Part shown: one piece after another, positions 27,382-36,964 of the stretch
Layout: the number at the start of each line of letters is the position of its first letter
Numbering within the stretch: position 1 is the stretch's first letter
Source of the DNA: an uncultured Chlorobiota bacterium
GTDB taxonomy: Bacteria; Bacteroidota; Ignavibacteria; UBA10030; UBA6906
Assembly: GCA_900696645.1 (NCBI GenBank)
Contig: CAADGV010000024.1
Coordinates: 64,912 to 128,911 of the forward strand
Direction of reading: 5' to 3'
DNA: 64,000 bases
Notes under the pieces: generated by a model
Database searches by the model: none
What the model saw: the letters and a program-made list of their open reading frames with translations, nothing else
Told to the model about the DNA's origin: nothing
Program-made: the position numbers and the translations under genes

Positions 27382-29025
27382 ATGCCTTCATCATTAGAAA
27401 ATAAGAAACGCGCGTGGAACGAGAAGCGAGTTAAGCCCGTTCTTGACAGGTTCGGCGAACGGCGAACGCATTTTGCGACAGATTCAGGAATTCCGATTGA
27501 CCGGCTGTACATCCCTCCGGCGGAAGATCACTATGACACGATAGGTTTTCCCGGAGAATATCCGTTCACACGAGGCGTCTACCCGACAATGTATCGGGGG
27601 AAATTCTGGACGATGCGCCAGTATGCCGGATTTGGTACGCCGGAGGAATCCAACAAACGTTATCGCTTCTTGCTCAGTCAGGGAACAACAGGTCTCTCCG
27701 TTGCATTTGATTTGCCCACGCAAATCGGGTACGACTCCGACCACAAGCTTGCGGAAGGCGAAGTAGGGAAAGTCGGCGTTGCCATTGATACCCTCGCGGA
27801 TATGGAAGTAGCGTTCGACGGAATCCCTCTGGACAAGGTTACCACTTCCATGACGATCAATGCAACAGCGGGCGTTTTGTTGTGCATGTACGTTGCACTG
27901 GCGAAGAAGCAAGGCGTGGACCTTAAGAAGATTTCCGGTACGATCCAGAATGATATTCTGAAGGAATACATTTCACGCGGCACGTACATCTATCCGCCCG
28001 TTCCGTCGATGCGTCTTGTGACGGATATTTTTCAGTGGTGCAGCCAACATGTGCCGAAGTGGAACACGATCTCCATCAGCGGATATCATATCCGTGAGGC
28101 AGGGGCGACAGCCGTTCAAGAAGTGGCGTTCACGCTTGCGAACGGCATCGCCTACGTTCAGGCTGCCGTGGATGCCGGACTCGACATCGATACATTCGGC
28201 TCAAAGTTGTCGTTCTTTTTTAACGCTCACAATAATTTCTTTGAGGAGATTGCCAAGTTTCGTGCAGCACGCAGGCTCTGGGCCCGTATCATGAAGGAAC
28301 GATTCGGAGCAAAAAACGACGAGACTCTCAAACTCCGCTTTCATGCACAAACGGGCGGCGCAACGCTTACTGCCCAGCAAATCGACAACAATGTTGTGAG
28401 AGTAACGATGCAGGCTCTTGCCGCCGTGCTTGGCGGTTGCCAGTCGTTGCACACCAATGGGAGGGACGAGGCTCTGGCGCTTCCGACCCAACAATCAGCG
28501 GCGCTTGCATTGCGAACACAGCAGATAATAGCCCACGAATCCGGCGTTGCAGATACCATTGATCCCATCGGAGGATCCTATTTTGTCGAATCACTCACAG
28601 ATGACATTGAAGTGAAGGCACAGGAACTTATTGACAAGATCGATACGCTTGGCGGAGCGGTGTCGGCGATCGAGCAGAAATTCTTTCAGCAGGCGATTGC
28701 AGAAAGTGCATACCGGTATCAGCTGGCAATTGAGCGGAAGGAAAAGATCATCGTTGGTGTGAATGAATTTCTTTCCGACGATGTCAGTGATGTTGACATT
28801 CTGAGAATAGGAGATTCCGCGTCGAAACGTCAACTCGAACGGCTTCAGGCGGTTCGTTCCCGGAGAAACAATGACGACGTTCGGCGTGAGCTGAATGCCT
28901 TGCGAGTTGCAGCAGACAGTACGGAAAATCTCATTCCGCATATTCTCTCTTGTGTCGAAGTGTATGCCTCGATAGGCGAAATATCGGATGTTCTCAGACA
29001 AACGTGGGGCGAGTACGCTGAATGA
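27382..29025 (+). CDS. methylmalonyl-CoA mutase, catalytic (TIM-barrel) domain only, split-type large subunit
   Basis: strong match to the MCM N-terminal domain ([35 protein letters not shown]); stops before any B12-binding domain; start at ATG 27382. Confidence 0.8.
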   Translation: MPSSLENKKRAWNEKRVKPVLDRFGERRTHFATDSGIPIDRLYIPPAEDHYDTIGFPGEYPFTRGVYPTMYRGKFWTMRQYAGFGTPEESNKRYRFLLSQGTTGLSVAFDLPTQIGYDSDHKLAEGEVGKVGVAIDTLADMEVAFDGIPLDKVTTSMTINATAGVLLCMYVALAKKQGVDLKKISGTIQNDILKEYISRGTYIYPPVPSMRLVTDIFQWCSQHVPKWNTISISGYHIREAGATAVQEVAFTLANGIAYVQAAVDAGLDIDTFGSKLSFFFNAHNNFFEEIAKFRAARRLWARIMKERFGAKNDETLKLRFHAQTGGATLTAQQIDNNVVRVTMQALAAVLGGCQSLHTNGRDEALALPTQQSAALALRTQQIIAHESGVADTIDPIGGSYFVESLTDDIEVKAQELIDKIDTLGGAVSAIEQKFFQQAIAESAYRYQLAIERKEKIIVGVNEFLSDDVSDVDILRIGDSASKRQLERLQAVRSRRNNDDVRRELNALRVAADSTENLIPHILSCVEVYASIGEISDVLRQTWGEYAE

Positions 29026-29069
29026 CGGGGGCGGCCATTCAAACCAATTCTCACAATGGAGGTGAGAAG

Positions 29070-29861
29070 ATGACATTGACCAGGGCAAAAATCAAATCGT
29101 TGAAACATCTTGCCGACAAGAAACATCGCGACAACGAAAGGAAGTTTCTTGTGGAAGGCATCAGGTTCGTGCAGGAAGCGGCAAGTTCTGATTTTCACAT
29201 CATCGAAGCGTTCTATACAGAAGAAGTCGAGAAGGATGCCGGTGGCAAGATCGCGCTTGAGGCATTGAGGAAGAAATGCCATGATCTTCACAAAGTGGCG
29301 GCGAGAGAGCTTGACGCTATATCGGATACGGTGAACGCACAGGGCATTGTAGCGGTTCTGCAGCAACGGGAATTTTCTGCCGAGTCGTTACTGCATTGCC
29401 CGGATGGCCAGTGTACCATTGTTGCATTCGACGGCGTATCCGATCCGGGGAACGTCGGTTCAATGGTGAGAACGTGCGATTGGTTTGGAGTAGATGGAAT
29501 TTTGATCGGGCGGAATTCCGTCGAGCTCTATAATCCGAAAGTCCTGCGCGCAACAATGGGCGGCGTCTTCCATCTGCCTATTGTTGAAGAGGTGGATTTA
29601 CTCTCAGTTATTTCGCAGGCCAAAGAACTGGGGTACCGCATCTATGTTACCGACCCGAACGGTGAAACACATTTCGATCATGTCACCTACGAAAGCAAGT
29701 CGATCATCGTATTCGGCAACGAAGCATGGGGTGTTTCCGATCAGGTGAGGCACTTAGCCGATGCCCGGCTCGTTATTCGCAGATACGGGGCCGGCGAATC
29801 ACTCAATGTCAGTGTGGCGTGCGGAATCGTCCTTTCGGCCCTGCATCGCTTGTATGACTGA
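29070..29861 (+). CDS. TrmH/SpoU-family RNA 2'-O-methyltransferase
   Basis: SpoU motifs (IVAFDGVSDPGNVGSMVRTCDWFG, IVFGNEAWGVS, SLNVSVACGIVL); start at ATG 29070 preceded by SD ggaggtgag. Confidence 0.7.
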   Translation: MTLTRAKIKSLKHLADKKHRDNERKFLVEGIRFVQEAASSDFHIIEAFYTEEVEKDAGGKIALEALRKKCHDLHKVAARELDAISDTVNAQGIVAVLQQREFSAESLLHCPDGQCTIVAFDGVSDPGNVGSMVRTCDWFGVDGILIGRNSVELYNPKVLRATMGGVFHLPIVEEVDLLSVISQAKELGYRIYVTDPNGETHFDHVTYESKSIIVFGNEAWGVSDQVRHLADARLVIRRYGAGESLNVSVACGIVLSALHRLYD

Positions 29862-29993
29862 CAGTTTCTGATATCCGAATCGTTGATTCGGAAACCCGGT
29901 GCTTTCCGGAATCGGACTTTCTTCTCAGTTGATTCGTTTTAGAGTTTCTTCGCGTGATGTTCAGCAACCCTGATTCAAGCGGACATCTTTTCG

Positions 29994-30980
29994 TTGCTAA
30001 TCAGGCGCGCTTTCTGTAAATTTGTTCGGTTTTTTACTTCCTCAAAGTCAAATCGGAGAGATCAATTGGGTGTACTCGTTGTTGGTTCTGTTGCGTTGGA
30101 TTCAATAGAAACGCCGTTCGGCTCTGCAAAAAATGCTCTCGGTGGCTCTGCTACATATATTGCTGCCGCGGCAAGTTACTTCACTGCGCCCATCCGGCTT
30201 GTGGGAGTGGTTGGGGGAGATTTCCCCAAATCGGGAATGGAGTTCCTCGAATCACGTGGCATTGATCTGGACGGCCTCGAAGTAGTGAAAGAAGGGAAGA
30301 CATTTCATTGGGCCGGAAAATATCACTACGACCTCAACAATCGTGACACGCTTGCGACACATTTGAATGTGTTCGAAAAGTTCAATCCGAAAATCCCGGA
30401 GAAGTACAAGAAGAGCAGGTATGTCTGCCTGGGGAATATCGATCCCGTGTTGCAGCGGCGTGTGCTTGAGCAGATTGACAAGCCGCGTCTTGTCATTTGC
30501 GACACGATGAACTTCTGGATTGAGGGGAAGAATGCCGAGTTGAAGAAAACTCTCGAACTGATCGATGTGATTGTGCTGAACGATTCGGAGGCGCGCCTGC
30601 TTTCGCGAGAACCCAATCTGATCAAGGCGGCACGCGTCATACGGGCAATGGGTCCGAACATCGTGATCATCAAAAAAGGTGAACATGGCGCAATGCTGAT
30701 AACCGAGCAAACGATCTTCACAGCGCCGGCCTATCCGATGGAAAATATCTTTGATCCGACGGGAGCAGGCGATACATTCGCGGGAGGATTTGTCGGGTGG
30801 CTGGGCAAGACAGATGATTTTTCGGAAGAGAATTTGAAACGCGCCGTCATTTACGGCAGCGCAATGGCATCATTCTGTGTTGAGAAGTTCAGTGTAGAAG
30901 GGCTGGCAGATCTCACATACCTTCAGGTTCAGGATCGGTTCCGGGCATTTCGAGAACTCTCCCGTTTCGACGGCGACTGA
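29994..30980 (+). CDS. PfkB-family carbohydrate/nucleoside kinase
   Basis: ribokinase-fold motifs (GGSATYIAAAAS, DPTGAGDTFAGGFV); true start may be the in-frame TTG at 30066 (LGVLVVGS). Confidence 0.7.
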   Translation: MLIRRAFCKFVRFFTSSKSNRRDQLGVLVVGSVALDSIETPFGSAKNALGGSATYIAAAASYFTAPIRLVGVVGGDFPKSGMEFLESRGIDLDGLEVVKEGKTFHWAGKYHYDLNNRDTLATHLNVFEKFNPKIPEKYKKSRYVCLGNIDPVLQRRVLEQIDKPRLVICDTMNFWIEGKNAELKKTLELIDVIVLNDSEARLLSREPNLIKAARVIRAMGPNIVIIKKGEHGAMLITEQTIFTAPAYPMENIFDPTGAGDTFAGGFVGWLGKTDDFSEENLKRAVIYGSAMASFCVEKFSVEGLADLTYLQVQDRFRAFRELSRFDGD

Positions 30981-31004
30981 CACATCTTATTCGGAGACCA
31001 CACG

Positions 31005-32090
31005 ATGGTATCGGTTGAGTGGCGCAACGGCGTTGTTCGCTTCATCGATCAGACAAAACTCCCTCACGAAGAAGTATACGTTGAAACATCGGACTATCGC
31101 GTAGTAGGGGAGGCGATCCGCAAGCTTCAGATTCGAGGGGCGCCTGCCATCGGGGTTGCTGCTGCATACGGACTGGTTCTCGTGGCGCATGCAAGTTCCG
31201 TAACGACGATGCAGGAGTTGTCCGAAGAATTCTACTCTGCCATTAACTACTTCTCTCAAACTCGTCCCACAGCGGTCAATCTTTTCGGTGCCCTTGAGCG
31301 AGTCCGCCGGACATTCGATCTGAATGCTCGAGCGGAAATACCCGACATACGGCGATATCTGCTCAATGAAGCAAAGATGATGCAGGAAGAAGATGCTGAT
31401 GCCTGCAGGAAGATAGGAGAATTCGGCGCAGGCCTGATCCAGATTCCCTCTTCAATACTCACACATTGTAACACCGGCGCGCTTGCAACCACCGGCAGCG
31501 GCACGGCGCAAAGCGTGATTACGACTGCGGCAAAGCAGGGCAACGTCCTCCGTGTGTTTGCTGATGAGACACGCCCGCTTTTCCAGGGTTCCCGGTTGAC
31601 GGCGTGGGAATTGCTTCGTGCAGGCATTGACGTTACCGTGATAACAGACGGTACGGCAGGACTGCTGATGCAAAACCGTGAAGTTGATTTGGTGATTGTC
31701 GGCGCCGACCGGATTGCTGCGAACGGAGACACAGCCAACAAGATCGGGACCTACGTTCTTGCCGTTCTTGCACGCCAACACGGAGTTCCATTTTATGTTG
31801 CTGCCCCGACAACAACCATTGACTTCAAATCACGCAACGGCAGGAACATACCGATTGAGGAGCGCGACCCAAGAGATGTGACGCACATAGGCAATCTGCG
31901 AATTGCTGCCGAAGGTGTGGGGGTCTTTGCGCCTGCCTTTGATGTTACCCCGAACGAATTCATTCATGGGATTGTTACAGAAGTAGGCGTGCTGCGGCCT
32001 CCGTTTGTCAAATCCATTGCAGCGCTGCGAACAGATGGCGGAGCACCCGATGGGAACCAGCCCGCCGTACCGAGAGGGCAACGAGCATAG
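31005..32090 (+). CDS. eIF-2B alpha/beta/delta family isomerase (MtnA-like: methylthioribose-1-P or ribose-1,5-bisP isomerase)
   Basis: VRFIDQTKLPHEEVYVE N-terminus, RGAPAIGVAAAYG, GADRIAANGDTANKIGTY blocks typical of MtnA/e2b2 proteins, 361 aa. Confidence 0.75.
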   Translation: MVSVEWRNGVVRFIDQTKLPHEEVYVETSDYRVVGEAIRKLQIRGAPAIGVAAAYGLVLVAHASSVTTMQELSEEFYSAINYFSQTRPTAVNLFGALERVRRTFDLNARAEIPDIRRYLLNEAKMMQEEDADACRKIGEFGAGLIQIPSSILTHCNTGALATTGSGTAQSVITTAAKQGNVLRVFADETRPLFQGSRLTAWELLRAGIDVTVITDGTAGLLMQNREVDLVIVGADRIAANGDTANKIGTYVLAVLARQHGVPFYVAAPTTTIDFKSRNGRNIPIEERDPRDVTHIGNLRIAAEGVGVFAPAFDVTPNEFIHGIVTEVGVLRPPFVKSIAALRTDGGAPDGNQPAVPRGQRA

Positions 32091-32094
32091 CGAC

Positions 32095-32859
32095 ATGATT
32101 GTCAAGACAGAAGGTATTGTTCTTTCCAAAATGAAATACCGGGATACGAGCAAGATCCTTCGCTTGTACACTCGTGAGTTTGGCAAAGTATCCGTCATTG
32201 CAAAAGGGGCTCGTGAAACGAAAAGCAAATTCAGGGCTGCCCTTGAGCCGATGAACCATGTTGCATGCGTTATTTACAGGAAAGACAACCGGGACTTGCA
32301 GCTGCTGTCGCAATGTGATGTCATAACCCCGTTTCGCCATCTGTCGGAAGATATGGGGAAAATGCGGGTAGGCCTTTCCGTCGTTGAGCTGGTGGATATT
32401 GCAAGCCATGCAGAGGAGGGGAATGAGATTTTGTTTTCATTGCTTGTTGATGTTCTGCAGACAGTCAACTCTGCAACAAAAAACCCCGTTTCTGCGTTAT
32501 ATTACTTTGAAATGAAGTTGTCAGGCATTATGGGGTTCAATCCTCAACTCGAACGTTGCGTGCACTGCAATGCCGGAATTCCGAATGGTTTGGAGGAAAC
32601 CGGAAGATGTGTCATCACGCATGACGGGATTCTTTGCAATAATTGCTCGGACAATACCGGGCGCAAAGGTATTTCGGCCTCCGCGGTACGCTCGCTGCAA
32701 CAGATGCAACGCGCTACAACTTCAGAGTCAGTGTTGCATATGAACCTGTCACCGTTAGTGAATGAAGAAGTGCAATGTTCGTTGCTTCGTCACTTGCAGC
32801 ATCATATTGAAGGATTTCGAGGACTTCGTTCCGAGGAGGTGTTTGCAACACTTTTGTAA
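32095..32859 (+). CDS. recO: DNA repair protein RecO
   Basis: OB-fold N-terminus (TEGIVLSKMKYRDTSKILRLYTREFGK), C-terminal zinc motif CVHCN...CNNC; start at ATG 32095. Confidence 0.75.
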   Translation: MIVKTEGIVLSKMKYRDTSKILRLYTREFGKVSVIAKGARETKSKFRAALEPMNHVACVIYRKDNRDLQLLSQCDVITPFRHLSEDMGKMRVGLSVVELVDIASHAEEGNEILFSLLVDVLQTVNSATKNPVSALYYFEMKLSGIMGFNPQLERCVHCNAGIPNGLEETGRCVITHDGILCNNCSDNTGRKGISASAVRSLQQMQRATTSESVLHMNLSPLVNEEVQCSLLRHLQHHIEGFRGLRSEEVFATLL

Positions 32860-32918
32860 CCGCTGTTGTGCGCAGTTGATTGTGTGAAATGTCTATTAAC
32901 AATATGTAGGGAGAAGAA

Positions 32919-34445
32919 ATGACGAAGAAATCAGTTTTTGTATCGCTGTTCCTGATTACCATCGGGATCATCTTCGGTGCGTTACTTGTGTCGAATTCCG
33001 GCTTGGGTGTTGGTCCGGGCGTTGCAGGCAGCAAGGACGACATCAAGCTTGGTGCGGCGGCTCCGCCCGTGGTGAACAATGTGGATCTTAAGGCCGCGAG
33101 CAACAACTTTACTGCTGTCTCAAAGGCAGTGACGCCGACCGTTGTGTCCATCACCGTAACGACAACAGCCCGCGGTGACCGCGGTGGTATGCCGCAGGAC
33201 TTCTGGCATTTTTACGGCCCGGAGCGACGTGAATCTCCGCGATCACAAGGGGCGGGATCGGGAGTTATTGTCACCGCTGACGGTTATATCGTGACCAACA
33301 ACCATGTGGTCGAGAATGCCGATCCGAACGGCATTAAGGTTCTGCTTGATAATCAGAAGGCAACATATGATGCAAAGTTGATCGGTACCGATCCGACAAC
33401 TGATCTTGCCGTCATCAAGATTGAAGGCAAGGACTTTCCGGTTGCAGCCCTCGGCAACTCCGAGAATGTGCAGGTTGGTGAATGGGTACTTGCTATTGGC
33501 AATCCTTTGGGCTTGACCTCCACCGTTACGGCCGGAATTGTCAGCGCGTTGGGCCGCAACATTCGCATCATCAATGACCAGTACGGTATCGAAAACTTCA
33601 TTCAAACCGATGCTGCCATCAATCCGGGCAACAGCGGTGGCGCCCTGGTAAACATGAACGGCGAAGTTATTGGCATCAACACTGCCATCGCCACGACGAA
33701 TATGCGATATCAGGGATACGGCTTTGCTGTTCCGATCAATATCGTCAAAACCGTTGCTATGGATCTGATTCAGGACGGAAAGATCCGCCGAGGATATATC
33801 GGCGTTACGATTCGTGCGGTAGATCAGACAATGGCGAACGCTATCGGGTTGGATAGGGCGCGGGGAGTCTTGGTGAATGAACTGCGCAAAGGCGGCGCAG
33901 CCGAAACTGCCGGCATTAAGCCGGGCGATGTCATTCTCTCCATCGACGACAAGGAAGTGAATGAGCCGAATGAATTGCAGAGCTATATCGCAACTAAGCG
34001 TGCAGGCGTTGTTGTCGCCCTGAAGATTTTCCGGGACGGCAAGAACATCGAACGAAAAGTCACGCTGAAAGAACTTGAGGAGGAGAAGACAACAGTCAAA
34101 GCATCCGACAAAAAGGAAGAAGCCGACAGGGGGAGTGAACGAAAGCCATCGGTTGTCACATTCGACAAGTTGGGGATGACGGTTCGCCCGATGACCCAGG
34201 AAGAGAAGAAGGTAAGCGAAACGGAAAACGGCGTTATCGTGTCGGAAGTAACCCGCTTCAGTGAGGCGTCGAACCAGGGTATTGCAGAAAATGATATCAT
34301 CATCGAAGCTGATAGGAAGAGCATCAGTAGTCCGTCCGAGTTTCAAAAATTGGTGGATGCAAAGAAACCCGGCGATGCATTACTTCTGCGAGTAAAGAAG
34401 CAGCAAGGCGTATCAATGTATATTGCAGTTCAGATTCCCAGATAG
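32919..34445 (+). CDS. htrA: HtrA/DegP-family periplasmic serine protease with two PDZ domains
   Basis: trypsin-like catalytic motifs (TNNHVV, DLAVIKI, GNSGGALVN), two PDZ-like segments, 508 aa, TM anchor. Confidence 0.85.
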   Translation: MTKKSVFVSLFLITIGIIFGALLVSNSGLGVGPGVAGSKDDIKLGAAAPPVVNNVDLKAASNNFTAVSKAVTPTVVSITVTTTARGDRGGMPQDFWHFYGPERRESPRSQGAGSGVIVTADGYIVTNNHVVENADPNGIKVLLDNQKATYDAKLIGTDPTTDLAVIKIEGKDFPVAALGNSENVQVGEWVLAIGNPLGLTSTVTAGIVSALGRNIRIINDQYGIENFIQTDAAINPGNSGGALVNMNGEVIGINTAIATTNMRYQGYGFAVPINIVKTVAMDLIQDGKIRRGYIGVTIRAVDQTMANAIGLDRARGVLVNELRKGGAAETAGIKPGDVILSIDDKEVNEPNELQSYIATKRAGVVVALKIFRDGKNIERKVTLKELEEEKTTVKASDKKEEADRGSERKPSVVTFDKLGMTVRPMTQEEKKVSETENGVIVSEVTRFSEASNQGIAENDIIIEADRKSISSPSEFQKLVDAKKPGDALLLRVKKQQGVSMYIAVQIPR

Positions 34446-34468
34446 CTCAACATCCCTGCATTCTGACG

Positions 34469-34502
34469 AAAGCCCCGGCGGTAACGCCGGGGCTTTTCGT
34501 TT
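34469..34502 (+). terminator. rho-independent terminator after htrA
   Basis: 12-bp GC-rich stem aaagccccggcg/cgccggggcttt with gtaa loop followed by a T-rich run. Confidence 0.6.
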
Positions 34503-34543
34503 GTGGTACACGAAAGAGGCTTGCAGCTTAAACCTCATGTTGC

Positions 34544-34572
34544 TTGACAATCCTTCCCTTTAGTGCTATATT
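34544..34572 (+). promoter_or_regulatory. consensus sigma70 promoter TTGACA-17-TATATT upstream of the HNH gene
   Basis: perfect -35 hexamer, 17-nt spacer, TATATT -10; predicts a ~95-nt leader before ATG 34674. Confidence 0.5.
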
Positions 34573-34673
34573 TTTCCAGATAATAGTTCACGGCGATCGA
34601 TTAACTAATTGCGACAGCAAGGAGGTAGGTCAACTTCAGCGCATACGCGGCACAGCGGACGGCTCTTGGTAAG

Positions 34674-35177
34674 ATGAACGCAAAAGTTCTGATCTTAAAT
34701 CAGAATTACGAGCCAATGAGTGTGATTAACGTGAAGAAGGCAATCATCCTGTTGTATCTCGGGAAAGCGGAATTGATCGAAGCGTACGACGGACGGGCCG
34801 TACATTCCGTGTCGACCACGATGCCCTTTCCAAGCATCGTGAAGTTGTCGTTCTATGTCAAAGTCCCGTTCAAGCGAATCATTCTCTCGCGGAAAAACAT
34901 CCTCCGGCGTGACGGACACAGATGCCAGTATTGCGGCCGGGGTGACCTGACGCTCACACTCGATCATGTGTGGCCGGTTTCCCGTGGAGGCGAAGACGCC
35001 TGGGAGAATCTCGTCTGCGCATGCGTGAAGTGTAACAACAAGAAGGGCGACCGGACTCCGGATGAAGCCGGCATGCCGTTGTTGCGCAAACCCATGAGGC
35101 CGAATCACGTCTCGTTCATCAGCCACTTTGTCGGAAGGATGGATGAACGATGGAAGCCGTATCTCTTTCTCCAATAA
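34674..35177 (+). CDS. stand-alone HNH endonuclease family protein
   Basis: HNH motif with zinc ligands (CQYCG...LDHVWPVSRGG..WENLVCACVKCNNKK), 167 aa. Confidence 0.7.
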   Translation: MNAKVLILNQNYEPMSVINVKKAIILLYLGKAELIEAYDGRAVHSVSTTMPFPSIVKLSFYVKVPFKRIILSRKNILRRDGHRCQYCGRGDLTLTLDHVWPVSRGGEDAWENLVCACVKCNNKKGDRTPDEAGMPLLRKPMRPNHVSFISHFVGRMDERWKPYLFLQ

Positions 35178-35240
35178 CCCGTCTGCAAAAGACGGGTTCT
35201 TTGTTCTATTTCGTATACCGGGATTTGCAGGGAATATCTA

Positions 35241-36221
35241 TTGACTACGAAAAAAACGATTTTGAGCGGCATGCGGCCTACCGGCAAGTTGCATCTCGGC
35301 CATCTTGTGGGCGCGCTGGAAAATTGGGTTTCTCTCCAACACGAATTCAACAACTACCACCTCATTGCTGATTACCATGCTCTGACGACAAAGCTGGATT
35401 CGTCTGAGATCTATCAGAATTCAATCGATATGTTGATTGATTGGCTTGCCGCGGGAATTGATCCTGCGAAAAGCCCGATGTTCCGCCAGTCGCAAATCAA
35501 GGAGCATACGGAGTTGCATCTCATCTTCTCAATGTTGATTACGCAGGCGCGGCTTGAGAGAAACCCTGCCGTGAAAGATCAGGTGAGAGATCTGAATATC
35601 GAAAGCGTGAGCTACGGTCACCTTGGCTACCCCGTGCTGCAGGCGGCGGATATCCTCTTGTACAAAGGCGATTATGTTCCTGTTGGAGAAGATCAGGTTC
35701 CGCACGTTGAAATCACCCGGGAGATTGCCCGCAAGTTCAACAGCGAATACGGGCAGGTCTTTCCCGAACCCGAAGTAAAGTTGACGAAGTTCGCCCGCTT
35801 GACCGGATTGGACGGCAAGCGCATGAGCAAATCCATCGGCAACACGATTCTTCTTGCAGATTCTCCCGACGAGATACAGAAGAAGATGCAAACAGCGGTA
35901 ACAGACCCGCAGAAAGTGCGGAAGAATGATCCGGGCCGGCCGGAGATTTGTCTCGTGTTTACCTACCATCAAAAATTCAATCCAACTGAAGCCCCGCAAA
36001 TTGAAACTGATTGCAGGAGCGGGGCCTTGGGATGTGTCGATTGCAAAAAGCGTGCAGCAACACGAATTACCGACTGGTTGGCTCCGAACCGCGAGAAGCG
36101 AGCCTACTACGAATCACACATGGATAAAGTACAAGCCATCCTTGCCGACGGCGAAGCAAAAGCCCGCACGCGGGCACAAGCAACGATGCACGAAGTACGA
36201 ACAGCAATGAAGTTGGGATAA
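35241..36221 (+). CDS. trpS: tryptophanyl-tRNA synthetase
   Basis: class I HIGH-like (TGKLHLGH) and KMSKS motifs, 326 aa. Confidence 0.85.
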   Translation: MTTKKTILSGMRPTGKLHLGHLVGALENWVSLQHEFNNYHLIADYHALTTKLDSSEIYQNSIDMLIDWLAAGIDPAKSPMFRQSQIKEHTELHLIFSMLITQARLERNPAVKDQVRDLNIESVSYGHLGYPVLQAADILLYKGDYVPVGEDQVPHVEITREIARKFNSEYGQVFPEPEVKLTKFARLTGLDGKRMSKSIGNTILLADSPDEIQKKMQTAVTDPQKVRKNDPGRPEICLVFTYHQKFNPTEAPQIETDCRSGALGCVDCKKRAATRITDWLAPNREKRAYYESHMDKVQAILADGEAKARTRAQATMHEVRTAMKLG

Positions 36222-36964
36222 TGTACCGAGTCAAACTTACAGACTTTGAAGGCCCGCTTGACTTGCTTCTTTTTTTCATCAAGAGAGATGAGCTGGATAT
36301 CTACAACATCCCCATCTCGAAGATCACGCAGGAGTTTCTCGAGTATCTTCATTTGATGGCGACTCTTGATCTGGAGATTGCAGGGGATTTCATCGTCATG
36401 GCGGCTTCGTTGATGCAAATAAAAGTGAAGATGTTACTGCCTCGTGAAATCGGCCCCGATGGTGAGGAAGAAGACCCGCGTGCCGAACTCGTTCGTCGTC
36501 TGATCGAGTACAAGCGGTACAAGGAAATGTCGTTGGAACTCTCCAAGTTTGAGGATGAGCAACGCAAAGTCTATTATCGCAGGTTTTTTCAGGCCGATCC
36601 GATTGTCTATGCTGAAGAAGAAGAGAAGGATTTTCTCAAGGAGATTACACTCTTCAATCTGATTGCGGCCTATAAGAAGGCGCTGGACAGCATGCCAAAA
36701 AAAGTGGTGCATGAGGTACAACTGTTCAACGTGACGATCGAAGAGCAGATGAGTTACACGTTGGATTACTTGCGTGTCAACAAGAATGTGACGTTGTTAA
36801 AGCTTGTCGGCCACATGACGGAGAAGATGCGAATCATTGTAACCATCATTGCTTTGCTGGAAATGACGAAGAACAAAGTCATTTCCCTTTTGCCGATGGA
36901 ATCCGAAGACGATATTATCATTGCGCCAGTTACTTCGCAGAGTACCGTGCCGGAGAATGCATGA
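36221..36964 (+). CDS. scpA: segregation and condensation protein A
   Basis: FEGPLDLLLFFIKRDELDIYNIPISKIT ScpA N-terminus, 247 aa, overlaps trpS stop. Confidence 0.8.
   Translation: MYRVKLTDFEGPLDLLLFFIKRDELDIYNIPISKITQEFLEYLHLMATLDLEIAGDFIVMAASLMQIKVKMLLPREIGPDGEEEDPRAELVRRLIEYKRYKEMSLELSKFEDEQRKVYYRRFFQADPIVYAEEEEKDFLKEITLFNLIAAYKKALDSMPKKVVHEVQLFNVTIEEQMSYTLDYLRVNKNVTLLKLVGHMTEKMRIIVTIIALLEMTKNKVISLLPMESEDDIIIAPVTSQSTVPENA

Noticed and set aside
29862-30065. Hairpin-rich 200-bp leader upstream of the PfkB kinase (tccgaatcgttgattcgga, cctgattc...gaatcagg), considered as a possible SAM or other riboswitch
   Set aside because: No match to SAM-I/II core motifs that I can recognise. The first hairpin lacks a T-run and may simply be the trmH terminator region. 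Evidence is insufficient.
33243-34346. 367-aa minus-strand ORF opposite htrA
   Set aside because: Antisense shadow of a strongly conserved protease gene; it has no start context and low-complexity composition.
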